Positions 36,601-51,800 of a DNA stretch of 64,000 nt are shown piece by piece. The notes beneath the pieces were generated by a model that worked only from the letters and a program-made list of their open reading frames with translations, was not told the DNA's origin and did no database searches. Position 1 is the first letter of the stretch. Every line of letters starts with the position of its first letter. The stretch covers positions 29,390,001 to 29,454,000 of the forward strand of contig NC_087437.1 in the NCBI RefSeq assembly GCF_036321535.1, in the 5' to 3' direction. Source of the stretch: Camelus dromedarius (Eukaryota). The position numbers were made by a program, and so were the translations under genes.

Positions 36601-38069
36601 AAAAGGCTAAAAGATGGGATGCTTTCTAATGAGTAGACTCTGAGGTGAGACAGTACAAGGTATGATGATTATGAGTTTCTTAATGGCTTCTTTTCAGCTG
36701 GAGTCACTCTCACAGTGCACCTCAGTGGGGAGGGAATCACTCTGCCCTGTCATTGTCTGCTGATGACCCCTCAGGCTCATAACTCTGAAATGGCCTATCT
36801 GCCTTTTGTTCAGTGAGTTACAGAATTTTTTAAATGAAAAGGGTGGGAAGTGTCTTTATTAAGATGCAATATCCACAAATATCTTTACCCAATTTGGAGA
36901 AACAGGATTTTAATGGCTATTTATTGTCTGGGGAAAAAAAATCAGTTAAACTAGAATCACAAAGAAAGGCAAGAAAAAAAGAATCAGAAGGAACCATGGG
37001 TTTAGAGCTTCTGGCCTCATCTCTACCACTAAGTCTTGTATGACCCAGAGGCTGCAATAAAATGTCACTCAAGTTCAAGTAAGATTGGAAGTGACTGAGG
37101 CAGGCTTGGTGGGGAAGGCTGTGAAAAACTTAGTATTCTAAGGTAACTTGATGGTCCAAGAGAAGCCAGAAATATGGGTTGATGTAAAAGCTGATTTTTG
37201 GACGTTGAAGACTAAACATGACTAACAATAAAATGCATTGAAGGCAAAATACAACTATTGTAGGCTGCATTCTGCCCACTAGCCTCCAGAATGGGGCATT
37301 TGCAAGGCTCATTTTCTTGACTCTTAAAAGGAGAAACTGAAATAGATGATCATTATGTTCCATCAGCCTTAAGATTTCTCTCCTGGGCAGCGGAAAGTCT
37401 CCAACTCTGTCCTCTCTTCTCACCTACCCAACACTCCTTCCTAGTCCTCTTCTGTTCTGTCTTTTAATTAAGTTCACTCAGTATTTAGCCTTCTCACCTG
37501 TATTTACAGTATGGAAGACTGCTGGGATGACAACAACAAAAAATGAACACAGAATCAGAAAATGACAGCAAATTTTCACTTAGCATCTGTACACAGTTAT
37601 GGCATGCATAATCCATGCATGCCCATGAAATGTGCACAGAACTGCAAGAATTTCCACAGTTAATGTGGCTGTTTCTACTCCAGAGTATTATCACCACACT
37701 TGGAGTTTTTGATGAAGACTTAAATGTCTTGTTTGAGATAATCGTGATATTCTTATTTTAAATAACAAAGTCCCAGTGCAGCATGGAGAACTTAATGTAA
37801 TTTCTATACTTGGTTTTTCAAGAGAAACCAGAAACATAGACTTTATTTGGAAGCTCCTGATTTTTGAATGTGAAAACTAAATTTAAGTAAAAATAAGTAC
37901 AAGTGAAAATATAGCACCTGGAGGTCACTGTCTTTTTCTGGAAAAGCAAGCTTTCATTTTAGGTCCTAACTAATTTTTACAACTTTGCAGCAAGTTGAAT
38001 CATGAGGGAACCCATGGAATATGACCAGAACAGTTCTGTCTGTGAAAAACTGTCAGCATCTTTCTGTAG

Positions 38070-39100
38070 GGTTAATAGATGCTAGAGGGACTACTATTCA
38101 GTGTAAGCCTCCAAGTGGTGTCTTGTTCGTTCTTCATATAGAAGCCAGCATGATCTCTGAAAAACAAACCTGCTCATCAGATCTCTGTAATCAAGATATT
38201 CCCATCACTTCTTATGACTCTCACAGTGCAGTTCTAAGCCCTCACTACAGGCTGTGAGGTGGTTTTTAAATAAATCCAGATGCTCTGCTACTCATCTCGT
38301 GAAGAAGCCTCAATCCCTGGATCTGGGCTTCCTTTGATTATTAGAATGTGTCAGAGGGGAACTTGAGCAAGCTTGGAACTAGAGCTGCAGGCCTCAAGCT
38401 CCCACTCTCATCCTCCTGGGATACTTCTGCCACTATATGGAAACAGGCCAAGGTGGAAAATTTTGTCAGCTGAGGACCCGGACAAGTGAGTGAGGACATC
38501 CTAGACTGTAAGCTCCAACAGAGCTGCCAGCTGACTTTAGCTTTTGAGGGAGCCCAGGCAAGACGAGCAGAAGAACTGCCCCAAGAACTCACAGAAGTGT
38601 GAGAAATAATGATTACTGTGTTGAGCCACTAGGTTTTTTAGTGAGATGTTCTACGTAGCGGAAGATAACTAACATAGCCTAGAAGGTACCGGATGACCTG
38701 CCCACTGGGCACCTTCCTCCTCTCTATTCCAACCTCTCTGGCCTCCTTGCTATTTCTCGACCTAACAAACATGTCCTGTTCTTCCCTCTGCCTGAAGCCC
38801 TTTTCCTCCCGATAAGCACCTAACTCCTACATTCACTCAAGTCTCCCCACTACACTGTGGAAAAGAGCAACCATCTCCTTCCCTGATAATGCTCTAGCCT
38901 CTTCTGCTGCCTCATAAACATTCTTAGCTCTTACGTTCTATAATCTCACCTAGTAATATGTTTGTATTCTCTCTTAACCTGCATGCAAACTCCAAGAAAC
39001 TGTAATTTTTTTAAAATTTTGTTTACTAGTATATCCTTACCACCTAGAATAGTGTCTGGAAAATAATAGGTATTCAATTAAAATGTATTGAATGCATTAG
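38070..39100 (+). mobile_element. L2 3' region interrupted by an MLT1-like LTR (~38330-38675)
   Basis: L2 end cacctagaatagtgtctgg...taggtattcaattaaaatgtattgaatg. MaLR end cacagaagtgtgagaaataat...gagccactagg...gataactaaca. Confidence 0.65.
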
Positions 39101-39559
39101 TGTTCAGTTCCTAGAAATTATGTCACAAGGGTTCAAAGTAGAAAAAATGCTCCTCAGATATGTGTTCCATGTAATGCATTAGAGGGGCTAAGAGAGCCTT
39201 AAAAAGAAACCCTAAAAATCCTAGAAGAGAGCAGTTAGTGTCTATGTGCTCTTGAGTTTTTCTGGAACATAGAAATTAGAGTTGCCTCCATGGAATAGTG
39301 GCAGATCTTGTATTTATACTGAGATAAAAATATGTTTTTGATGTTACTTAGTTTTCTCTGGGGTTCTTCTCCAAAAATCTCTCTATTCTGTCTTTTTCTG
39401 ACCACTAAACAGATGGTGCAGCTTCCATCATTATAGTATCCCAACACAGATCACTACTTATTTCCCACTTCAGACCATCCCCTCCCATCTCACCTCTTAA
39501 CTTAGGTCTAAGACATTTGACTTGTGAATATCTACTTTGCTTTGGCTCCAATAGCTGTC

Positions 39560-39900
39560 TTTTTTTTTTTTTCAATTAGATTGTACTTTCAGAGCAGTTT
39601 GAGGCTCATAGTAAAACTGAATGGAAGGTACAGAGAATTCCCATACACCCTGTGCCCGTAACACACACACATCCACCACCGTTACCAACATTCCCTTTAG
39701 AGGGCTACATCATGACACCTGGTGAACCTACACTGACATCATTATTACCCAAAGTTCACAGTTGACTTTAGGATTTACTTTTGTTTTGTATATCCTACTT
39801 ATTTGAATATGGAACATGTATCCACCATTATAGTAACACACTGAGTAGTTACACTGCCTAGAACTCCTGTGTTCCACTTATTCATCCCTCTCTACACCCT
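39560..39900 (-). mobile_element. L1MC/L1MD-type 3' end
   Basis: Poly(T), gagcagttttgaggctcatagtaaaactgaatggaaggtacagagaattcccata, gaacctacactgacatcattattacccaaag. Confidence 0.8.
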
Positions 39901-42900
39901 GGAGGTCTCTGTCTCCTGATTGAAGTAATCTGGACATTAGTGAGCCCCAGGAAAGGTCCCAATCACTGAGGACACATCATGCACACCAAAGAGATCAAGT
40001 AAGAAAACATCCCCTGGTAACCCTAGTGCTCACTGTGCCAATGTAGTGGGTCAGCATTACACACCAATCACACACTGCAGTTCACTGAGTTTCTCCATGT
40101 CCATTCACACTGGCTAGAATCTGCTCCTGTTCAAACCAGAAACCTGAGTGTCATGCTGGACTCTTTCCACTTTCTTGTTTTTGTCTTTTGATTTTGTTTT
40201 TGGTCTTCCTCTCCATTTATTCAGCAAACCTAGATGATTTAACTTTCTAAATAGCCATGTAATCCATCATCTCACTTTCCTTCAGTTCTTCTACCCGACC
40301 ATAGCCAAGGTGCTCATTATCTCTTATCTGTTTTTAAGCTTCTTACTTGTTTTCTTTGCCTTCAGCTTTGCCCCAACTCCAGTCCATTAACAGCCAGCCT
40401 GTGTGTTCTGTCCGCAGATGGAAAGACTAGGGAGGAAAGGAGGCAGGTTTTCTTCCTAGCATGATTTTCCTGGAATCTCAAAATGTTCAACCTTATATCC
40501 CCTGTGCTCATCTATTTTCCTGTGAGGCTAGAAATAATCTCCTGGAGAACCTACAGTGACCTTTTCTTGTATATTTTCCTCTCTAGCTTATTTTTTAAAA
40601 TCCTTTTGAGAGAGCATTTTCTATCAGAGCAACCCTGAAACATTTGCATCTTCTCTTCTGTTTTTACCTTCATTGTCAAACAGTAGGTCTGAATCCCATT
40701 TTATGAAGTCCCAGAAGATGTTGCTGACTTATTTGAAAATACAGCATCTTAATAACAGTCTCTCTGGTGGCTTTATTCTTCTATTAGGATTTTCCCAGAG
40801 ATCTACTTCATATCTTTTGTTTCCTTTGAGATATATAACATATTTTTCCCTCATTTGGTAGTCCATTCTGTCAAAGAATTATATGTACAGTCTCATTTTC
40901 AGAATTTTATGTTTAACTTTAAACTTCTTCGAAGTTCAGTTCTCTCTTCATGGGAGGTTGGAAATATAAAAATGTTCATAAATTAAATTCTATTTGGGCC
41001 TCTGAGCTCACATTTAATTGGGAAATGTGAACCTTTTTCTGTTGGGCACCAGACATGAGGGAAATAAGGAGGAAGATGTTTCTAGGACTTTTTAGCTCTG
41101 TCTTTTATGGAAGCACAATGCATAGAGCCTTCTTCCATCAAGTTGTGTATAAGATCTCTGCTTTTGCCTTTACGGAGTTTATCCATAAAACATATACAGC
41201 ATCATTAATAGTATGGGAAAAATCACTTTTAGTAAGTAGAAAAAATCAGATTTGTTACTAAAAAGGATTCACTGAAAACTATAGCCTTTAGTATCTCAGA
41301 AATACTTTGAGTTCAAAGACTTTCACATGTATACATTATTTTACATTTAGAAGCCCTAGCAAATAAGCATAGTGTTTTTATTAAATCATTTGTCATTAAG
41401 CAATTAATACTACTTTGTCCTAAATTTTTATGACAACTCAAAAGGCAATATGCCAGTAATTCAGTTTTTGACTATTTCTTCCTAAAGTCTATGATTCATT
41501 ACCTACTAACACTATGGTAAGTAACTATAACTATTTCATTTATACCATGTTAATGATTATTTTCAAATGGTAAGTAGCAGTTCTTTTCCTTTGTCTTCCA
41601 TTAATGAACAACTTTTAATTAGCCAACTTCCTGGTTATTGCTCTAATTGTATCACAGAGGGATAGGAATATTCTTATAAACCAGTAACAGAAAATATAGA
41701 ACATTAAGATTTGTATGAAGTCCACAACCATTGTCAAAGTTTTGTACTCTCTACTTTGGGATCTTTACCCACATCATCTTTCTTCTGGGGAACTGAGGGG
41801 TTCTTTCTTTCAAGAAACAGCCTAAACTGGCGTATCACTGATGCCCCCCTCCACTCCACAGAACAAACAACCCATCTTACGTCCTCTACTGAACTTAAAG
41901 ACATTCTTTCCTACAAAGCTAGTGGAGAAGGTAAGGTGATACGGAAGGTGTAAGTAAGTTTAGGGATGGGCCACATTCAGAGGATGTCTGTTCTCCTACT
42001 TCAGGTACATTGTATAATAGCAGGATTTTCCCCCCTGAGTTGGTTCGGGAATATAATGATGACTATAATTCTACTCAGAAGATTTAGCACCATTCATTGA
42101 AATCCTTGGGCAAAGGCAGAACCAGAGATACCACCAGGGAGAGGTCATTTTGTGTTCAGGCTGGGAGGAGCAGGAGATAACCAGAAGCTGGAAGTCACCT
42201 AAGAAGGTAGGTGAGAGGAGGAACCAACATCCACTGTTCCTCCAGGATCCTAGGCCCTGTGCTCAACTCTCACATCCCTTTTCTCATATAACCCCCCACC
42301 CCAATTCCACAAATAGCTATCACTATTGACGACAGATAGGAAATCAACAATTAGAGGAGCCAAACACCTTGCAATTTCCGTAGTAGCAGAAACCTCAAAA
42401 CACCACCTCTCCTTTATTCAGCCCTGTTTTTTTTTTTTAAAGTACCCAAGGAAGATATCATTTTTAAAAAATTACGACTGCCTGGCTAACTGCCAGAACA
42501 TTCCCTCAAGCCCTGAACACCCCAGGTTCACTAACTCTGTCCAGAAGGTAAACGCCCACATTTGCGAATTCTTTTATTCGTTACCAATGGCACTCAAATT
42601 GTATGAACCCAAACTCAGCACAGCAATCATCTCTGTAAATAAAGGTTTCCTAGCTTATTAACAACAACTGCTGCAGAACAGCAGATTTGAATATCTCTAT
42701 TCAACAACAAAAATCAAACCTACTTAAAATATATCAAAGGTGCTTCTGCAATTCTTCCTACTAGCATTTCTGATAGGATTTTATCCTTTAAATCATTTAT
42801 TTATGTAAATTGGTATCTGCTCTTCTAAGTTATAAACATGTAATCTCCAACCTGAAAAAGCAATCTTTTTGAAATATTGTAAGATCAGATCTATTGTTAC

Positions 42901-44049
42901 TGGCGTTGGCAACAGATTAACTGTATTGTTTTCAATGAATTATATTTGGATATGTGTATAGAATGCATCTGAACATATTTACATAAGTAATTTAGAATTA
43001 TGTTGTTTTTCCATAAATAAAACTTAAAGCTTTCAGTATTACTTTAAATATCTTCATTGCACTAGAAGAAATTGTATTTTTAAAACTAAACACATTTATT
43101 GTACAAATGAGAACACTCTTGCTTTTGCCAAAATGTAGAAATATAAGACTTAATCTAACATCATGTGCGGTTTTGTGAAGTGACAATTACATTTCTCACA
43201 TAGAGAGACGGGTCATTAGGAAGCACAATGGGGGCACCATGCTCTCATTCTTCGGGGTGAATGAAGCATGGTCTTGATCAAAACCAGGACTCTTGTCAAT
43301 GATGCATTAAGTGCCTTTTTGTTTTTTGGTGTTTTTTTTTTAATAAGTGATATCAAAACATAGTTTTCAAATACCTAATTGAATATGGTGTTAGACTGCA
43401 CATTTTCCTAAACTTAATTCCTTACACAAATAAATCCCAAAGGAAACATGATATAAATAAGCTTTATTTTTATTTATTTATTTAACGTGACTGTAGCTAT
43501 CTAGATCTTTGTGTTTGATATCTTACAACCCAGAGATTCATTAAGCCCCCTCTTTGGGGTTTTATATTATATGGGAAAACTCAACTTTGCTACTGAAAGA
43601 AATCCTTAGTAATATGTTTGCATTTTCCTCTTGCCTTACTTAGAAACTACTTTTTCATCTATCTTCTCTCAGAAAGACATTATGTAAGTGGAAAATCTAT
43701 TGTCTTATTAACTATGACCTCGGGTAAGTCATTTGAATGATTACTACTTTACAACTCTTATTCTGTGGAAGCTCTGTGAAGTGTATCTGTTTTAAACATT
43801 AAAAATGCTCTGATCTCTTTGTGAGAATAAAGTGTATGATTTTCAAGTTTTTTTTAATCTACAAATTTTACATTGTATGTCTGCTTAGTACAAAGCATTA
43901 TGAAGGATCAAGGGAAATAAAATGAAGTATAAGACATGATCCCTGCTGTCAATGGCCTTATTTTTAAGTGAGAGAAGAGAGAAACACCTAGAAATGACCA
44001 TTTATTTTTGCTTCAAAAACCATTTGACTTTCTTCCAGTCAACTAAGTA

Positions 44050-44249
44050 CAGTTGATCTTTGAACAACACAGGTTTGAACTATGCAGGTCCACTTTGATG
44101 CAGATTTTTTTTTCAATAGTAAATACTACAGCTGAATCCATGGATACAGAGGAACCATGACTGCAAAGGACCAACTGTAAGTTATATGAGGATTCTGGAC
44201 TGCACCAAGGGTCAGCATCCCTGAACTCCCATTTTTCAAGGGTCAACTG
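44050..44249 (+). mobile_element. Tigger2-derived MITE (Tigger2a-like)
   Basis: TIRs cagttgatctttgaa / ttcaagggtcaactg, TA TSD on both sides. Confidence 0.88.
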
Positions 44250-45032
44250 TACTGTCATTCCCTTCTTTCCATTTAGACTCAAGCAGTTTGGGTAAGAGAG
44301 ACCCTACCCTCAGATGCAGATGCCCTGTCTTCCCTCCTGGATCTGAAGTTAAAAGAACTTAAGACCTACAACTATAATGATCTCATAAGCATGGAGAGAT
44401 CTTGTCTGGAAAGAAAGCCAATAATACACACTCAGAGCAGGGATAACCCATGACAGAGATTCTGACAGATAAAGTACCCCTTGTGTTGAGTTGGCCCAAT
44501 GCTGTTATTGCTCTTGACTTCAGACAACAGTTCGCTATCTGTCACCTGCAACGCACACATTCCTATCTGATACACACAGCAAAAGCTAAAGAAGAAAGTG
44601 ATAAAGAGCTGTTCACATTGTATTCCAAAAGACATAATAAAAAGATATATATTTTTAGTTCCATGTATTCCTGTTACACACATACACACCTTTTCTCATG
44701 TTCCCATTTTGAATTCAAGCAGCTAAATTTTTGAGCAGCAATCCATTATTCCTCTGAACAAAGTATTGAAGTACTTCTTGGAAAACTTACCTCTTGCATA
44801 AAATCAACTGGGACAAGTTTTCAATTAAAAAAGAAAAAAGACATTGTCCTGAGATGGAAATTTTGGTTCCTGAGCCCTCAGCAAAACATAGCTCTATTTT
44901 TCACAGAAGCATGGACTATGACTCTCTCAATAACTACATAGGATGCCAAGTAATTATGAGGGAGTCTCTTCCAAGAGGACTGAAAAAGAATAAGATGAGA
45001 CAGAAGACTTCATCCCTTCTTGGCTCTACAGT

Positions 45033-45250
45033 AATGACTCTCAACCAGGATGATTTTGCCTCTCAGGGGACATTTGGTAATGTCTGGAGACAGTTTTGAT
45101 TATTACAACTGAGGGAGATGGTGCTACTGGCATCCAGTAAGGTAGACACCAAGGACACTGTTAAGCATCCTACAATGCATGGGACAGCAGCTAGCAACAA
45201 AGAATTCTCTGGCTCAAAAATGCCTGCACTACTGAGGCTGAGAAGTTCTG
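45033..45250. mobile_element. MER20 hAT-Charlie MITE
   Basis: ctctcaacc...gattttgcctctcaggggacatttggtaatgtctggagacag...catcctacaatgca...tgaggctgagaa. Confidence 0.88.
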
Positions 45251-45857
45251 CCCTACAGAATACTCCTTAGGGTTCAGATGTTTACTTGGAATAAGCTTTT
45301 AGATATTGTGAACAAAACTAGTAGGAGGAAATGGTAGAAATATCACACACATGTGGTTATAGAAAACTAAGCATGGTCCCTCTTAAATTACAACTACCTA
45401 CATATTCATATGTTAGTCAGTTACGTATGAAAGATTGCTTTCAGTCTTCCTTGTTGTCTAGGAATCATCACATAATGTCAATACTCTAACTGGCATTGGC
45501 AACTTTCATACGAGCTTTCAGAAGTCTTGGGTAGCTATGCAACCTTATGATTTAAAGGGGCTAGTTTCAACTGGGCCATTACCCAAATGATTTATACAGG
45601 TACACTGCAACTGTGACCTTGTACTAGGCCTTCAAAGCTAAATCAAATATTCCACTAACTGCAATATTTCCTGCATATGAAGTCAAAGAATAATTCTACA
45701 AATTCTGTCAATGGAGATATTCCTTTGAGGCAGTTTGCTGAGTTTTTCTATAGTCAAGATCAGAAATATGGCTATACTGAAATGAATGTCAAACATATAT
45801 GTATAACAAAACATATAATGTATAACTTTTGATCTTTATTAGTAGTGCAAATTAGCA

Positions 45858-48800
45858 GAGGAGGAGTGACCAAGATGGTGGAGTAGGAAGACTCTGAGAT
45901 CACCTCCTTCCATGGACACACAGCTATTTACAGAGCAACTGTTGATGAGAAAGACTGGGAGACTAGCAGAAAAGATCTTCTGCAACTAAAGACGTAAAAA
46001 AGGAACCACAGCAAGACTGAGGAGGGATGGAGATACGGTCTAGTCAAGACCCACACCCCAGGTGGGCAACCCCAAATGGAAGGACAGTTACAGTTGCAGA
46101 GCTTTTCCCTGAGAAGGAGGAAACTGCCCCACAACAGGAGCCCCAGCCCAGGGCTCCTGCACCAGGAAATAAGCTCCTAGAATGTTTGACTCTGAAGGTC
46201 AGTAGGGCTTACTTTCAGGAGAGCCAGAAGGCTGTGGGAAATAAAGACTCCATTCTGGAAGGACACAAAATATCACATGCTCTAGGACCAGGGCAGAAGC
46301 AGTAGTTTGAAAGCCTGGGTCAGATCCACATGCTGATATCAGAGAGTGTCCTGGAGAGGCCAGAGGCAACTAGAACTCATCCCGGGGACACAGACAATGG
46401 CAGCAGCCATTGTGGGGAGCTCAGTCTACCAGGAGGACACTGGTACTGGCAAGCACCATTCTAGAATCCTTCCACTGGCTTATTAGCACTGAGACCAAGC
46501 TCTGACTTAGCACCAGCACTGGGTCTCCACAGGCCAAGTAGATACCCTGGGAAGGACACAGCTCCACCTACTAGCAGGCCCAGCTACCTTAAGACCACCT
46601 GAGCCCACAGACACCCTGAGACCCAGCCCTGTGCACCAAAGGATCTAGGACCCAGCCCCACATACCAGTGTACCTGCATTAGCAGCAGATCAGGTCCTCA
46701 GGGCCAACACCAACTCCAGGACCCCTAGGCCCCTGCAGCCAGAGGTGCCAGAGATCCTTGAGACCCCAGGACCCAAAGTCTGCCTGTCAGTGGGCACCTC
46801 CTGAGTCCAGACCCTGTCAACCAATGGGAGGCATACCAACTCTGATACCTCCAGGAACCTGCAGGCAGAGAACCTAGAACCTAGCTCTGCCCACCAGTGG
46901 GCTGGCACTGGCCCCAGGACCCAGTCTTACCCACCAGTGAGCAGGCATGAGACCCAGGATTCCCTGGGCCCTGGCCCCATTCACAGCAGGCAGACACCAG
47001 CCCCAATACAACTGCAGCCACTCAGCCCACAGTATCAGAAACCAGCCCACCCACCAGCAGGCCACCACTGAGACATCTAATCTCCTCAGCCAGCTGCCCC
47101 AGGATTCAGCCACCCCAGGATCCAGCCACCCCAGGATCCAGCACTACTCACCAGCAGGCTGACAACAGCCTTAGGACAACCTGGACCCTGCAACCAGCCA
47201 TGGCAAGAAATGGTCCCACCCACCAGCAGGCAAACACTAGATTCTGGGACTCTGCCACCCAACAACCACCCACGCAACAACCCAGCTCTGCTCACCAATG
47301 GGCCAGCCCTAGATCTGGGACCCCGTGGGGCTCCACAGCCAGCTGCCTCATGAACTAGTCCCACCCACCAGTGGCCAGCAGACTCTGCAGAAGGTAGGGC
47401 CTGGTAATCAGCCAGACTGGGGGCCAGCCGTACATACCAGGCAGCCCACAATAGTCAGCCTGCCAGAAAGCCCACATGGCCAACATGACAGCATACAGCT
47501 CTAGTGACCAGAGGGGAGTGTGCTGTTGGGACCCATAGGGCATCTACAAAAGGCCACTTCTCCAAGGTCAGGAAATGTAAAAAGTCTCTCAAACATTTAA
47601 AAATAAAAAATAGCAAATTAGGCAAAAGGAGGCAACAGAGGAGTATGTTTTAAACAAAGGAACTAGAAAACCCAAAAAGAATAACTAAGTGAACTGGAGA
47701 TAATTAATCTACCTGATAAAGAGATCAAGGTAATGATCATAAAGATGCTCAAAGAACTTGGGAGAAAATTCGGTGAACAGAGTGAGAACTTAGATGTTTT
47801 GAATAGAGAAAATATAAAAAAATAACTGAACAGATAAACACAGTAACTTAAAAAATACACTAGAAGGAATATAAATAGATTAAATGATACAGAGGAACGG
47901 ATCAACAACCTGGAAGACAGTAGTGAAAATCACTGAAGCTAAGCGAAAGAAAAAAAGGAATAAAAAGAAAATAGACCAGGTTAAGAGATCTCTGAGACAA
48001 CATCAAGTATACTAACATTTGCCTTATAGAGGTCCAAGGAAGAGAACGAAGAAAAAGGGGCAGAGACCATATTTGAAGACCTAATAGCTCAAAACATTCC
48101 TAACCTTGGAAAGGAAACAGACATCCAGGTCTAGAAAACACAGGAAATCCAAAACATAACCAACCCAAAGAAGATCACACCAAGACATATTGTAATTAAA
48201 ATGGCAAAAGTTAAAGATAAAGAGAGTATTAAAAGCATCAAGTTACATACAAGGGAACTGCCATAAAACCATCAGCTGACTTTTCAGCAGAAACTCTGCA
48301 GGCCAGAAAGAGAATGGAATGATGTTTAAAGTGATGAATGGGGAAAACCTACAACCAAGAATAATCTACCCAGCAAGGCTCTCATTCAGGTATGACAGAG
48401 AATTCAAAAATTTTAGGGACAAGCAAGAGCTAAAAGAGTTCAGCACCACTAACCAACTTTACAATAAGTGATAAAGGGATTTCTCTTAAATGGAAAAGAA
48501 AAGGCCACAGTGAGAAATATGAAAATTATGAAAGGAAAGAATCCATGGTAAAAGCAAATATACAGTAAAGATCAACTACTTATAATGCTAATAAGAAAGG
48601 TTAAAAGATAAAGGTGGTAAAATCATCTATATCCATATTATGTAGTTAAGGAATAAAGAAAAAAACATGTAAAATATGATGTCAAAAACAGTAAACACTG
48701 AGGGGGCTTGATAAAAATACAGGGTTGTTAAAATGTGCCTGAAATTAAGAGATCAGCAACTTTAAATAATCACATATATTCATTGCTATACATAAACCTC

Positions 48801-51800
48801 ATGGTAACAATGTACCAAAAATCTATTATAGATAATACACACAAAAAAGAAAGGGATCCATACACTCAAGACAGTCATCAAGAGAGCAAAAGAAAAATAA
48901 AACACTACAAAACAACCAGAAAACAATTAATAAAATGGCAGTAAGTACATATCTATCAGCAGTTCCTGTAAGTGGACTAACTATTCAAATCAAAAGACAG
49001 AATAGCTGAATGGATGCATAAAAAGACTCATATATAAGCAGCCTACAAGAGACTCATGTCAGATCTAAAGAAACACACAGACTGAAAATAAGGGAATTGA
49101 AAAAGGTATGCTATGCAAATAGAAATTTTTTAAAAAGCCAAGGTAGCAATACTTATATGGTTTTGACTTTAAAACAAAGACTGTAACAAAAGACAAAGAA
49201 GGATATTATATAATGATAAAGGGACCAATCTAACAAGATATAACAATTATAAATACATATGCACCTAAAATAGGAGCACCTAAACACATAAAGCAAATAT
49301 TAACAGACATAAAGGGAGAAATTGATAGTAACATAATAATAGTAGAGAACTTTAATACCCCACTTATATTAATGCACAGACTGTCCACATAGAAAAATCA
49401 ATTTAAAAAAGCACCAGCCTTAAATGACACATTAGACCAAACAGACTTAAGATATATATAGAATGTTCCATCCAAAACAGCAAAATACACATTTTCAAAA
49501 GTACATGGCACATGAACACTCAAGGATAGAGCACGTGCCAGACCACAAAACAAGTTTCAGTAAATTTAAGGAAACTGAAATCAGATAAAGCATCTCTTCT
49601 GACCACAATACTGCGAGACTAGAAATAAACTACAAGAAAAAACTGCAAAAAACACAAACACATAGAAGCTACACAAGAAGAAATCAAAGTAGAGATAAAA
49701 AAAGAAAACCTATACAAAAATGAAAAGAAAAATACAATAATCCATAATCGATGGGGTGCAGCAAGAGCAGTACAGTTCTAAGAGGAAGCTACAAGCCTAC
49801 TTCAGGGAAACAGAACAACCTAACCTTACATATAAAGGAACTAGAAAAAGAAGGACAAATAAAACCCAAATTTAGCAGAAGAAAATAAATCATAAATATC
49901 AGTGCAGAAATAAATGAAATACAGAGTAAAAGGCAAGAGGAAAACAAAAGATTAGTGAAACTGCTGCAGGTCCTCTGAAAAGAAACAAAATAGATGAACC
50001 TTTTGGCAGATGCATCAAGGAAAAAAGAGGGCCCACATCAATATAATAAGAAATGAAAAAGGAAAAGTTATAATTGACACCACAGAAAAAGAATCATAAG
50101 AGACTATTATGAACAGCTACATGCCAATAGAATGCACAACCTAGAAAAAATGGACCAATTTTTTAAAATGTACAATCTACCAAGACTCAACAAGGAAGAA
50201 ACAGAAAACATGAACATACCAATTGCCAGTAATGAAACTGATTAAAAAAAACTCCCAACAAAAGTCCAAGACCAGATAGCTAGATAGCTTTACAGATGAA
50301 TTCTACCAAATATTTAGAGAAGAGTTCAAACCTATCCTTCTCAAACTATCCCAAAAATTGCAGAGAAAGGAACATTTCCAAACTCATCCTGAGGCAAGCA
50401 TAACTCTGATGCCAAAACCAAAGATACCACAAAAAAAAAGTTACAGGCCAATATCAGTGATAAACACAAAAAACTCTCAAAGTATTAGCAAACTGAATTA
50501 ATGATACATGAAACAGATCATATGCCATGATTAAGTGGGATTTATCCTAGGGATGCAAGGCTCGTTCACTATCTGCTAATCAATCTAATACACCATATCA
50601 ATAAATTGAATGATAATCATATGATCATCTCAGTTAAGTTTTTGACAAAATTCAACATCCATTTATGATAAAGTAGGTATAGAGGGAACCTCTTAACATA
50701 ATAAAGGCCATATATGACAAGCTCACAGCTAACATCATATTCAACCAGGAAAAACTGAAAGCATTTCCTCTAAGATCAGGAATTAGAAAAAGATGCCCAC
50801 TCTCATCACTTTTATTCAACATAATATTGAAAGTCCTAGGCACAGCAATCAGATAAGAAAAAGAAATAAAAGGAATTCAAACTGGAAAGGAAGAAGTAAA
50901 ATTGTCTCTGTACGTGACATGATGCTATACACAAAAAATCCTAAGGACAGCACTAAAAAACTAGAACTTAATGAATTTGGTAAAATTACAGGATATAAAA
51001 TTATTATACAGAAATCTGTTGCATTTCTAACATTAACAACAAATTATAAGAGAAATTAAGAAACAATCTCATTTACCATCGCATCAGAAAGAATAAAATA
51101 CCTAGGAATAAGTCTGCCTATGGAGGGAAAAAAAAACCTATACTCAGAAAAGTCTTAAGACACCTGATAAAAAAAATTGATGACAACACAAACAGATGGA
51201 AAGATATACCATGTTCATGGATTGGAAGAATTAATATTGTTAAGATGATCATACTACCCAAGACAAACTACAGACTCAATGGAATTTTTCCACAGAAATA
51301 GAATAATTCTAAAATTTAAATGGAAATACAAAAGACCCTGAAGAGACAAAACAATCTTAAGACAAAACAAAGCCGGAGGTATTATGTGCCCTGATTTCAA
51401 ACCATACTACAAAGTTACAATAATCAAAACAGTATAGTACTATCACAAAAAAGAGACACATAGATCAATGGAACAGAATAGAGAGCCCAGAAATGGGTCC
51501 ACACTGATATGAACAATTAACCTATGACAAAGGAAGCAAGAATATACAATGGGGAAAAGATAGCCTCCTTCAATAAATGGCATTGGGAAAACTGAACAGC
51601 TATATGCAAAAGAAACAAATTGGACTACCCTCTTCTTACACCATGCAAATTCAATATGGACTAAAGACTTAAATATAGGATCTGAAACCATAAAACATCT
51701 AGAAGAAAACACAGGCAGTCTTAAGTTTTTTGACATTGGTCTTAGCAACTTTAATTTTCTTTTTTGCTATGTGTCCTCAGGTAAAGGAAACAAAAGCAAA

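Noticed and set aside
46690..47543. GC-rich ORFs as ORF0-like genes
   Set aside because: By-products of the stop-poor L1 5' UTR repeats; no supporting motif.
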